Assembly: GCA_963793425.1 (NCBI GenBank)
Contig: CAWCAG010000001.1
Location: 32,001-96,000, forward strand
Source of the DNA: an uncultured cyanobacterium
Lineage (GTDB): Bacteria > Cyanobacteriota > Cyanobacteriia > Cyanobacteriales > CAWCAG01
DNA: 64,000 nt
Reading direction: 5' to 3'
Part shown: positions 1 to 8,527 of the stretch, in pieces
Position numbering within the stretch: position 1 is the first letter of the stretch
Layout: the number at the start of each line of letters is the position of its first letter
Notes under the pieces: model-generated
Told to the model about the DNA's origin: nothing
Seen by the model: the letters and a program-made list of their open reading frames with translations, nothing else
The model's database searches: none
Made by a program: the position numbers and the translations under genes

Positions 1-165
1 ATTCAGCTTAAGAGTGAAGAGGCTGTTGAGGCTAAGCAAGAGATTGCTGAGGCTAAGCAAGAGGCTACTGAGGCCAAGCAAGAGGCTACTGAAGCTAAAC
101 AGAGGGCAGAACAGTTGGCTGCAAAACTGCGTGAGTTAGGAGTGAATCCAGAGGATTTAGATTAG
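1..165 (+). CDS. 3' end of a probable Uma2 (DUF820) family endonuclease, partial
   Basis: Frame 1 reads IQLKSEEAVEAKQEIAEAKQEATEAKQEATEAKQRAEQLAAKLRELGVNPEDLD*. RAEQLAAKLRELGV.P is the typical tail of cyanobacterial Uma2 proteins. Not in the ORF track. Confidence 0.7.
   Translation: MQLKSEEAVEAKQEIAEAKQEATEAKQEATEAKQRAEQLAAKLRELGVNPEDLD
28..102 (+). repeat. Coding 21-bp tandem repeat (heptad EAKQEAT), about 3.5 copies
   Basis: gaggctaagcaagagattgct / gaggctaagcaagaggctact / gaggccaagcaagaggctact / gaagctaaacag. Confidence 0.85.
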
Positions 166-211
166 GGGATAAAATTCTTTCTGATAGCGACAACAAAAAG
201 AATCTCTACTG

Positions 212-658
212 TTAATCTGAGGTATTACTCTCAGTTTTAGGTGAAATTAAAATTAAGGCTTGCTCAATAATAGTCTTTTGGTCAACCATTTTTTCTAAAG
301 TAGCCGTATCGTAAATTCCTTCTGCTACTTCTAAAGAGGCACGATCAATGGCCATCGGATAAGCAACTTCCAGAATCTGGTATAACTCTTCTCCTTTTAG
401 GTAATAACCTCCGGCTTTGCGACGTTTGTTCTTTTCCTGAATTTCCCTAGTGCTGTTGCGGATGGAGACATCCCAAGAACGGGTTGTACGGTTTTCGGCT
501 TGTTGTTTAATTAAATGGAGGAGCAAGATTTTTGCGTAACTGCGAATATTATTGATTTTGTCATCACGACTCATTTCTTCGAGTTCTTCTACAATAACTA
601 ATGCCCCAGAGATGTCGCCGTCTAACAATAAGCTTTTGAGTTCGAGGAGTTCTTCCAT
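212..658 (-). CDS. DUF29 family protein
   Basis: EELEEMSR..KI...LLHLIK.Q.....SW..SI...R pattern typical of DUF29. Confidence 0.85.
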   Translation of the reverse strand: MEELLELKSLLLDGDISGALVIVEELEEMSRDDKINNIRSYAKILLLHLIKQQAENRTTRSWDVSIRNSTREIQEKNKRRKAGGYYLKGEELYQILEVAYPMAIDRASLEVAEGIYDTATLEKMVDQKTIIEQALILISPKTESNTSD

Positions 659-788
659 AATTGATACCTCAGATTAGGTACTTCTTTATTTTAGGGGCAT
701 TTAAACATCAGCTATCTAATCTAATGGATAATGATAGTGTTTAAAAGAAAAGGTTGTAGGAGAAGTAACAAGCTCAAGGAGATTAAGT

Positions 789-1103
789 ATGGCTACTAGC
801 TTTCAAAATTGGAACCAAGTTGCGCCTTTACAGGTGAAATTTGCTCTCTCAGTTAAAAATATTCCTAAGTCAGTACAAGAAGTTGCTCTAGCTAGAGCAA
901 AAGAAGCGTATATAATAGCTTTGTTAAAAGCTGGTGAGATTAGTAGCGGTAAAGCAGCAAGTTTGCTGAATATTCCTCGTACTGAGGTAATTGAATCTAT
1001 GGGCAAATGGGGAATTTCTTTATTTGACGATTCCTTAGAGCTTGAAGATTTAGCACGGGAAGTCAAGCAGGCAAATATCTCATTGGATGATGATTCTGCA
1101 TGA
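789..1103 (+). CDS. UPF0175 family antitoxin-like protein
   Basis: GEISSGKAASLLNI HTH motif; AAGGAG RBS; ATGA overlap with the downstream PIN gene. Confidence 0.8.
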   Translation: MATSFQNWNQVAPLQVKFALSVKNIPKSVQEVALARAKEAYIIALLKAGEISSGKAASLLNIPRTEVIESMGKWGISLFDDSLELEDLAREVKQANISLDDDSA

Positions 1104-1465
1104 TTGTTGTGTCTGATACTACTCCAATCAGTGAGCTAACAAAAGTAGGACATCTAAACTTGCTCCACGATCTGTTTGGACAAGTTGTGATCACAAAAGA
1201 GGTTTATTCTGAACTGACCACAGGTAATCATCCTGCCACAAGAATCGTACCACAAGTAAATTGGCTAGAAATTCGAGAAGTTGCTGATTCCCAGCAAATC
1301 AGAGTTTTGCAGTTACAATCTAATCTAGACTTGGGTGAGGTGTCTGCAATTCTCTTAGCAGAAGAACTTGAAGCTGACCAATTGTTGATAGACGAAAGAG
1401 CCGCACGACAAGTTGCTTTAGCACGCCAGTTACCTGTAAAAAGTACTCAAACAATCATGCAATGA
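1100..1465 (+). pseudogene. DUF3368 / PIN-domain toxin, 3'-truncated at the TnpB element
   Basis: MIVVSDTTPI...LDLGE...IDERAARQVA..LPV motifs. The expected continuation (about IGTLG...) is absent and does not resume after the element. Confidence 0.75.
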
Positions 1466-2682
1466 AAGCACGGTACAAATACAGATTCTATCCAACTATT
1501 GAGCAAAAGAACTTCCTTGCTCAACTGTTTGGCTGTACTCGTGTAGTGTGGAACGATGCACTAGCATTATGCAAAAGTATAGGCAAAGCAATCAACTACA
1601 ACAAACTATCTAGCCAATTAACCGAAGCTAAACAAACGGAAGATAGAAAATGGCTAAAGGATGTCTCCTCAGTCCCCTTACAACAATCATTGAAAAACCT
1701 AAGCCAAGCCTATAAGAATTTCTTTGACTCGGTGCAAGGAAAAAGAAAAGGTAAAAAACTCAGACCACCAAAATTCAAAAAACGGCATAACAAGCAAGCA
1801 GCTACCTTCACCAAAGCAGGATTCCAAGTCAAAGGGAGTAAAGTCTACCTAGCTAAAATAGGCGACATCTCACCTGTATGGTCTAGGGAGTTACCATCTG
1901 CCCCTAGTTCAGTAACAGTAATCAAAGACAGTGCCGAGAGATACTTTATAAGCTTTGTCGTAGAAATCAACCCAAAGAAACTACCAGACAACGGTAAATC
2001 AACAGGAATTGACTTGGGAATAACAGACTTTGCCACATTAAGTAATGGAGAGAAAATTAAAGCGCCAAAACCTCTCAAGGAAAAGCTCAAAAAATTAAGG
2101 AAGCTACAACGTAACTTAGCTAGAAAGACCAAAGGTAGCAAAAGGAGAGACAAAGCGAGGAAAAGAGTAGCTAAGCTTAACGCCAAAATCAAAGACACCA
2201 GAGGTGATTTTCTACACAAACTATCAACTAAGATAATTCGCGAAAACCAAACAATTGTCTTAGAAGACTTAAACGTATCGGGAATGATTAGAAACAGAAA
2301 ACTATCTCGTGCTATTAGCGATTTAGGTTGGTATAGTTTTAGGACTATGATTGAGGCCAAAGCGCTAATGTATGGAAGAGAGTTTAGGGTTATAGATAGA
2401 TGGGAACCTACCAGCCAAAAATGCTCTAATTGTGGGTTCAAGGGTGGCAAAAAGGAACTATCTGTCAGGGAGTGGACTTGCTTAAACTGCGGTGCAGTAC
2501 ATGATAGAGATGTCAATGCTGCTGTAAATATCTTAGTCGCGGGGGGACACCCTGAGACTTTAAACGAACGTGGAGGGAGGCATAAGACTACCAAGCTAGC
2601 AGCACCCGTAGAAGCGTTAACCATCCAGTTAGAATTGTTCTAGTTGGAATCCCCGTACCTTCTAGGTCGGGGAGGATGTCAA
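1439..2682 (+). mobile_element. IS200/IS605-family element remnant (tnpB plus right end; no tnpA or left-end hairpin seen)
   Basis: tnpB followed by hairpin TCCCCG-TACCT-TCT-AGGT-CGGGGA (2650-2673) and terminal GGATGTCAA ending at 2682. Left boundary is approximate. Confidence 0.8.
1462..2643 (+). CDS. tnpB: RNA-guided endonuclease TnpB
   Basis: N-terminal KYRFYP...FGCTRVVWN; RuvC-I GIDLG; RuvC-II VLEDL; Zn finger CSNCG...CLNCG; RuvC-III DRDVNAA. Confidence 0.95.
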   Translation: MKARYKYRFYPTIEQKNFLAQLFGCTRVVWNDALALCKSIGKAINYNKLSSQLTEAKQTEDRKWLKDVSSVPLQQSLKNLSQAYKNFFDSVQGKRKGKKLRPPKFKKRHNKQAATFTKAGFQVKGSKVYLAKIGDISPVWSRELPSAPSSVTVIKDSAERYFISFVVEINPKKLPDNGKSTGIDLGITDFATLSNGEKIKAPKPLKEKLKKLRKLQRNLARKTKGSKRRDKARKRVAKLNAKIKDTRGDFLHKLSTKIIRENQTIVLEDLNVSGMIRNRKLSRAISDLGWYSFRTMIEAKALMYGREFRVIDRWEPTSQKCSNCGFKGGKKELSVREWTCLNCGAVHDRDVNAAVNILVAGGHPETLNERGGRHKTTKLAAPVEALTIQLELF

Positions 2683-2700
2683 TTTGTTACCGAGTGCAGA
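2530..2700 (+). ncRNA. Predicted TnpB omegaRNA (right-end scaffold plus flanking guide)
   Basis: Established for TnpB: the RNA overlaps the tnpB 3' end and right end, and the guide is the flank after TCAA (here TTTGTTACCGAGTGCAGA). The 5' boundary is a guess. Confidence 0.55.
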
Positions 2701-3653
2701 GTTTCTGCCAGACCTTGATCTACTGTATAGAGAGGTTGCCAGTTTAGGGTTGTACGAATGTGGCTATTATCAACGACTAAAGAACCCAATAGGCGATCAA
2801 TGGTAGGGGAGTTTATTGGTAATGGTCTTTTCAGGATAGGTTCTAATTTATCTCCTAGTTTACCGGAGATTCTGAGGAGATTAGGAGGGATTGGTAGTAG
2901 GTGAGAGGGGAGTTGTAAATGATGGGAGATTTTTTTTATTAGTTCTAGTGTGGAGAGGTTTTCACCATCGCTGACTATGAAGGTTTGATTCCTGGCATGG
3001 GGATGAGAGAGGCAGGTGATGATTGCATCTACTAGATTACCAACGTAGAGGAAGCTACGGCTATTTTTTACTGCGCCAAAGGGGAGGGGTAAGCCTAGTT
3101 TTATGAGTTGGATGAGGCGTGCCATGTTGCCTGGGTTGCCTGGGCCATATACTAAGGTGGGGCGGAGTATTGTCCAAGTCATGTTGCTATTGCTAGCTAG
3201 GTTAATCAGGGCTTGTTCGGCTTGGAGTTTGCTTTTGCCGTAGGGAGTGTCAGGGTTGCAGGGGGAGTTTTCGTTGAGGGTTTGTGGGCTTAGGGTAGCC
3301 ATTGCACCGATAGAACTGATGAAGATGAAGTGTTTTACTCCTGCGGCGATTGATTGTTTGACTAGGTTGGCTGTACCTTGGGTGTTGACTTTGTGGAATT
3401 CTTGTTCGGGGTTGGGGGTGTCGTCTTGTAGGATGTGGGCGCGGGCTGCTAGATGGATTACTGTGTCGATGTTTGTTAGGGCTTCTTGCCATTGAGTTGA
3501 ACCGTTAATGTTGCCTACATTTGTGGTGGGTACTTCAAGCTCATTTGTCTGATTACGAATAGCTGCTCTTACGGAGTAATCTTGTTGTAGAAGCGATGGT
3601 ATAAGGTTGCTGGCGATAAATCCTGTTGAACCAGTGACTAAAGCAGATTTCAT
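2679..3653 (-). CDS. NAD-dependent epimerase/dehydratase (extended SDR)
   Basis: VTGSTGFIA, HLAA and YGKSK motifs. Confidence 0.92.
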   Translation of the reverse strand: MKSALVTGSTGFIASNLIPSLLQQDYSVRAAIRNQTNELEVPTTNVGNINGSTQWQEALTNIDTVIHLAARAHILQDDTPNPEQEFHKVNTQGTANLVKQSIAAGVKHFIFISSIGAMATLSPQTLNENSPCNPDTPYGKSKLQAEQALINLASNSNMTWTILRPTLVYGPGNPGNMARLIQLIKLGLPLPFGAVKNSRSFLYVGNLVDAIITCLSHPHARNQTFIVSDGENLSTLELIKKISHHLQLPSHLLPIPPNLLRISGKLGDKLEPILKRPLPINSPTIDRLLGSLVVDNSHIRTTLNWQPLYTVDQGLAETLHSVTN

Positions 3654-3841
3654 CTAGTTTGCTTTCCAATTAAAGTCTTCACGAAGCCTGCTCTGTGGTA
3701 AGCTAAGTGGGCGAATACTAAGCTCACAGTAGCAATAATAATTTCTTTTTGTACTTTAACCAATTAAAGGAATAATTTAAAATCGTGAGACATCGGCTCT
3801 AATTGTCTAGCATCCGTCCAGTAGATAATCTGAGAGAAAAC

Positions 3842-5164
3842 ATGGAGAATAAAAAGAAAATTGCCATTTTAGGTGGAGGGGTCACCGGAGTTGTTTTAGC
3901 TGGTGAGCTATCTACTAGCCCTTCTTTTGAAGTGGAGTTAATAGAAAAAGCCCCAGTTTTAGGAGGTCTTCACCGTAACTTCACTACGGATAACCTAAAT
4001 TATGATATTGGAGCTTTTGTACTTCCTATAGATCATAGCCTGTTCACAACCTTCCCTAGTCTCAAAGATTTGTGTTTACAAATCAAGAATCGGATGGGTT
4101 CTTTAACTCCAGGAGGAAGTGTAGATAAATATCCCTGTACTCTGAAAGGCTATATCCAAGATAACGGTTTGGTTAACTTTGTTTATGCTTGTTTAGATTT
4201 AGCTTACTGTAAACTTAGATACTGGAACCAAGAAAGTGTACCAGCCTTCGTTAAGTATTACATCGGAACAAACGTTTACCAAAAAAGCGGGCTGAAAAGT
4301 TACATAGAGCGTCTTTATGGAATTAAGGATGAAGAAATAGACCTTGAATTTGCTACAAAAAGGTTAGGGGAGATTGGCAAAGCTGCTTCGTTAAGAGCGA
4401 TCGCTTCTAAACTATTCCAGGGTGGAAATACTGCTTTAGTAGAGCCTCCAACTATGAAGGAAGTTGTGGTAAGACCACCAGAAGGTTTTCAGAAAATATA
4501 TGAGGCGGCTAAAGAGGTTTTGTTGTCTCAAGGAGTAAAAGTTTCGACTAACTGCGAAATGAAAGCAATTACTCGTGAAGGTGATGGCTTTGAGATAGAG
4601 TTTTCCGAAGGCAAGAGATATTATGACAGAGTGGTTTCTACTATTCCGATTGCAGCAATATCTCGGTTAATTGGTAAACCTCTAGAAAAAGACTTGGAGT
4701 ATAGGAAGTTGTTGTCTCTTTTCTATCGGTTTAACGGGGAGTTGGGATATGGTGATAATATTCTTCACAACTTTACTACTCAAGAAGCATGGAAGAGAAT
4801 TACAACTTTCTCCAAGTACTATGGAACCCATGAAGGAGATGACTATTTTGTCGTCGAGATTACTTTAGATAAGGATACTCAACCAGATATTTCTCAACAA
4901 CAAGAGGATTTTGAAAGTCACGTTCAGAGTTTGGGTTTGTTTAAAGGGAAACTAAAGTATCAAGGTAGTTTGGTGATACCCAATGCTTATCCAGTTTATC
5001 GGCGCGATCGCCTTAATGAGGTGATAGAAGCGAAACAAAGTTTGCAGGAATGGGGACTGGATTTGGCAGGTCGCCAAGGAGATTTTGACTACATTTCTTC
5101 CTATGATGCTGCTGCTAATGCTAGAAGTCTCGCTGAGAAAATCAGGGCAGATTATTGCAGCTAG
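3842..5164 (+). CDS. FAD-dependent oxidoreductase (protoporphyrinogen oxidase/Glf-like fold)
   Basis: ILGGGVTG...IEK...GG dinucleotide-binding motif, AYP and GRQG C-terminal motifs. ATG at 3842 preferred over TTG at 3803. Confidence 0.8.
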   Translation: MENKKKIAILGGGVTGVVLAGELSTSPSFEVELIEKAPVLGGLHRNFTTDNLNYDIGAFVLPIDHSLFTTFPSLKDLCLQIKNRMGSLTPGGSVDKYPCTLKGYIQDNGLVNFVYACLDLAYCKLRYWNQESVPAFVKYYIGTNVYQKSGLKSYIERLYGIKDEEIDLEFATKRLGEIGKAASLRAIASKLFQGGNTALVEPPTMKEVVVRPPEGFQKIYEAAKEVLLSQGVKVSTNCEMKAITREGDGFEIEFSEGKRYYDRVVSTIPIAAISRLIGKPLEKDLEYRKLLSLFYRFNGELGYGDNILHNFTTQEAWKRITTFSKYYGTHEGDDYFVVEITLDKDTQPDISQQQEDFESHVQSLGLFKGKLKYQGSLVIPNAYPVYRRDRLNEVIEAKQSLQEWGLDLAGRQGDFDYISSYDAAANARSLAEKIRADYCS

Positions 5165-5188
5165 ATATTGGGAGATATTAGGTGTAGC

Positions 5189-6352
5189 ATGAGCGGCATT
5201 GTTCATATAATTACGGCTTTAGAAAGGGGAGGGGCGCAGCGCAATACCCTGGAAACTGTAGCACAGCTACATTGCCCTGAAAGACCGCAATGGCTGATTG
5301 TTGGTAGTTTGGGTGATGCTAATTTAATAGAGGAAGCGAAAGAGCGCCTTGGTGAAAGGCTGATTGTTATTCCTACTTTAAACCGTCCCATCAAACCTTG
5401 GCAAGATGGACGTGCTTTTCTGGACTTGTACCAATGTTTACAGCAATTACGTAACTCCTTGGGAGAGCCTCTTGTGGTTCACACTCATAGCAGTAAAGCA
5501 GGAGTCTTGGGTAGATTAGCGGCTCGTGCTGTAGGTAATTGTCATATCGTTCATACTGTGCATGGTTTCGGATTTGGAGTTGCTACTTCCTATTCCCAAT
5601 GGCTGCTAAAAACCGCAGAGCGTATTGCGGGGAAAGTAACAGATGTGCTTATTTTTGTTAGTGAGGCTGATCGGGATTTTGCTCAACAACTCAAGTTAGC
5701 CCCGCAAGCAGTCTATAAAGTAATTCGCTCTGGTATTGATCCTGCTCCTTTTGCAGCTATGAGGGGAGATTTAGTAATGCGTAATAAGGCTCGTCGTCAG
5801 TGGAATATTCCTGAAGATGTTCCATTGGTGGTAACTGTTGCTAACTGCAAGCCCCAAAAAGATCCTTTGTTTCATATTGAAGTATTTAGGGAGTTTTTGA
5901 AGCTTGAGCCAGAAGCTTGGTTTCTTTTTGTAGGGGATGGGGTTTTGAAACCTGCTTTAGTAAGTCGTATTGCAGAGCTAGGACTGACTGAAAAAGTTGT
6001 CTTACCTGGGTTTATCCCTGACTCCAGGTTAGCTTTGGCAGCAGGTGATGTCTTTTTGTTAGCTAGTCGTTGGGAGGGACTGCCTCGCTCTGTATTAGAA
6101 GCAGTTACTAGTGGTTTGCCTGTTGTGGTAAAAAACTCTGGTTGGGTAAGAGATATTGCTTGGGCTGGAAATATCATTCATACTTTAGATACAAATTCTT
6201 CCTCTACAGCTTTTGCTGAAGTACTTGGAAAGACTCTTACTAAAAAAGGAATAGATTTTCATACTACTTGTAGTGACTTGCCGGAAGAGTTTAATCTTTC
6301 TGGTATGCTATGTAAACTAGAAAATGTCTATAAAAGGCTTTTGCCATCCTAG
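5189..6352 (+). CDS. Glycosyltransferase family 4
   Basis: GGAQ, HTHSSKAG, HTVHG and SRWEGLPRSVLEA motifs. ATG at 5189 preferred. Confidence 0.9.
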   Translation: MSGIVHIITALERGGAQRNTLETVAQLHCPERPQWLIVGSLGDANLIEEAKERLGERLIVIPTLNRPIKPWQDGRAFLDLYQCLQQLRNSLGEPLVVHTHSSKAGVLGRLAARAVGNCHIVHTVHGFGFGVATSYSQWLLKTAERIAGKVTDVLIFVSEADRDFAQQLKLAPQAVYKVIRSGIDPAPFAAMRGDLVMRNKARRQWNIPEDVPLVVTVANCKPQKDPLFHIEVFREFLKLEPEAWFLFVGDGVLKPALVSRIAELGLTEKVVLPGFIPDSRLALAAGDVFLLASRWEGLPRSVLEAVTSGLPVVVKNSGWVRDIAWAGNIIHTLDTNSSSTAFAEVLGKTLTKKGIDFHTTCSDLPEEFNLSGMLCKLENVYKRLLPS

Positions 6353-6404
6353 CTATTAGGAAACTTTCAAGAAGTTTAAAGACACAACAAGTTTCTTAAA
6401 TTGA

Positions 6405-7325
6405 TTAAAGAGGTATTCGTTTGTAGCCGTATTTCTTTAGTAAAGGTAGCGTTAGTAAAGATAGAAGTTTTATCTTTATGGGTGATTTTGTCTTCCATTC
6501 CTCATCTTTGTTGAGATGTATCGATCCTTTTCTACGCATACGATTACCGGCAACTCCGTGACCAGGATTGAAGTCTGCATTAGCTTCTACAAGGTCAACT
6601 AAGTCTTTGGTATCAATCTTAATAAAGTTTTCAATTCTTGAAATTTGACTGCTAGGGTCAGAAACAATATCTTCATACCTTAAAAACAATAAATCAGAGA
6701 GATTTATTTCGGATTTCATTCTCTCAATATAACTATTAACTACAACCCAACCAATCAGTCCTCTGACAACACCACCGAATATCTTTGCTGGTGAACCTGC
6801 CTCAAGTCGGCGGTTAGAGCCTCTATTTATTGACCACATAACGGCTCTTGGATCACGAACTAAATGGATTATTTTGATATTGAAAGAACTACTTTGCATT
6901 AGAAGTAAAACTCTGTTGAAGGTCTCTCTTGAGGTTTTAGAAGAATCCACAATTATTCTCTTATCGCTTACTTCAATAATGGACTGAAGTGTAATTTGCC
7001 AGAGTTTTTCGTAGCTAACCGGGTGTCTAAATGGAAAATGTAATTTTTCTGTGCTTCTAGTTAAGTAAGCAGCATCATTAGCATTCATATCAGGAAACGC
7101 AGTGTATACTTTACCTAAAACTTGAGACCAGAAATTACAATCTTGATACCGTTTTCCACAGGAGCAATTCGAGTTTTCTGCTACTTGTCTAAAAAGAAAA
7201 GATAATTCACCTGCTCCAAAGATCGCCTCATGATTGTTGAGTATAGTATCTACCAAAGTAGAGCCGCTACGACCATAACCTACTACATAAACTATTGTTG
7301 GTTTGATATTATCTGAATCTACCAT
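6405..7325 (-). CDS. Sulfotransferase
   Basis: GYGRSGST (5'-PSB), DSSK, LVRDPRAV..S (3'-PB) and RYED motifs. Confidence 0.9.
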   Translation of the reverse strand: MVDSDNIKPTIVYVVGYGRSGSTLVDTILNNHEAIFGAGELSFLFRQVAENSNCSCGKRYQDCNFWSQVLGKVYTAFPDMNANDAAYLTRSTEKLHFPFRHPVSYEKLWQITLQSIIEVSDKRIIVDSSKTSRETFNRVLLLMQSSSFNIKIIHLVRDPRAVMWSINRGSNRRLEAGSPAKIFGGVVRGLIGWVVVNSYIERMKSEINLSDLLFLRYEDIVSDPSSQISRIENFIKIDTKDLVDLVEANADFNPGHGVAGNRMRRKGSIHLNKDEEWKTKSPIKIKLLSLLTLPLLKKYGYKRIPL

Positions 7326-7354
7326 ATTTATTCATGTTTTTTTATTATATGTTG

Positions 7355-8527
7355 TCAAAGATTTTCTATAGATTGATTAGAATTACAAAGTTTTTTATAT
7401 AGTTTACTATAGCTTTTGTGCATCCGCATGAGAGAAAAGTTTTGTTCAACAACTGCTCTGTTTTGTTGTCCTAGCTTTTCTAGTGTCCCTTTTGGTTCTA
7501 AACTCAGTTCTCTAATCGCTGTTGCCCATTCAGAAATATTCAGATCAAGTACTTTCACCCCATTTTTACTATGTTTAGCGATTTCCTGATATGGACTTAT
7601 TTTTGACAAAATTACGGGAAGTTTCAATGCCATTGCTTCTAGCACCGCATTGCCAAGTCCTTCCCAAATGGAGCTTGAGATGTAGATATCTGAGTTGAAA
7701 ACTTCTTTATATACGTCTTCGCGTTTAAGAAGACCAGTGAAAAAAACTCGATTGCTGAGATTTAGTTTTTCTGCTTCACTTTGCAAGCTCATCAGTAGAG
7801 GTCCATCACCCACTAGGGTCAGAGTAAAATGGTGCGGTAATTGCGTAAGGACTTCTAATAGAAACGATAAATTTTTCTGTTTGACGGCTCTATTCACAGA
7901 GACCAGTTTAAACTGTCTATTATCACTATTAGTAATGGAAAAAGATTCTTTTGCCACAGAGTCTATTGCATTGATATCTATGCCGTTATAAATCACAGAA
8001 GATTTGCTTTTTATAATTTGTCTAATTCTATATGGCGTTGCTTTGTAACTTGAGTAACTATTAAAACCAACTATATGACTCAAGAGAATATTTAACACCG
8101 TTCCTATTTTGTTAAGTGAACTATATCTATTATAAACATTGTGAACAGTGTATAGTTTCGGGATATCAAATCTACTTCTTAACAGAAGTAGCAGAGACAG
8201 AAACTGAAATATACAAGCTATTTTTGGATGATGTAAGTGGCACAATAAAGGTTGTTTTCGCTCAATAGTATCTTCAATAAGACGAAATATATTTTGGTAA
8301 AATATTCTTAATTTTTTATTGCACTCAACTAAACTGATGTTATATGCAGCTAACCGAGACTCATAGAGGTATTTAATCTCCTTAGCTATAGGAAAAAACA
8401 CAATCACAAAGTGCTTTTCTTCTGGATATATCTTAGCTCTATACAAGACAAATTCATTAAGAGGCATACTAGTCGGATCGATATCGTTAACTATATTAAT
8501 AACTACTCGTGATTGCTTTTTGGACAT
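7355..8527 (-). CDS. Glycosyltransferase family 4
   Basis: YNGID, KQKN, VGDG and SIWEGLGNAVLEAMA motifs. Confidence 0.9.
   Translation of the reverse strand: MSKKQSRVVINIVNDIDPTSMPLNEFVLYRAKIYPEEKHFVIVFFPIAKEIKYLYESRLAAYNISLVECNKKLRIFYQNIFRLIEDTIERKQPLLCHLHHPKIACIFQFLSLLLLLRSRFDIPKLYTVHNVYNRYSSLNKIGTVLNILLSHIVGFNSYSSYKATPYRIRQIIKSKSSVIYNGIDINAIDSVAKESFSITNSDNRQFKLVSVNRAVKQKNLSFLLEVLTQLPHHFTLTLVGDGPLLMSLQSEAEKLNLSNRVFFTGLLKREDVYKEVFNSDIYISSSIWEGLGNAVLEAMALKLPVILSKISPYQEIAKHSKNGVKVLDLNISEWATAIRELSLEPKGTLEKLGQQNRAVVEQNFSLMRMHKSYSKLYKKLCNSNQSIENL

Noticed and set aside
28..102. 21-bp tandem repeat as a possible CRISPR or iteron array
   Set aside because: It has no spacers and is in frame, encoding the coiled-coil heptads typical of Uma2 tails.
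1430..1433. TTAC as the left target site of the IS
   Set aside because: The bases after it still encode PIN-like LPV, and no left-end hairpin follows. A deletion junction fits better.
1845..2624. 259-aa ORF antisense to tnpB, and other short ORFs overlapping real genes (e.g. 803-1066, 46554-46922, 58205-58555)
   Set aside because: These are shadow frames of well-supported genes, with no motifs of their own.
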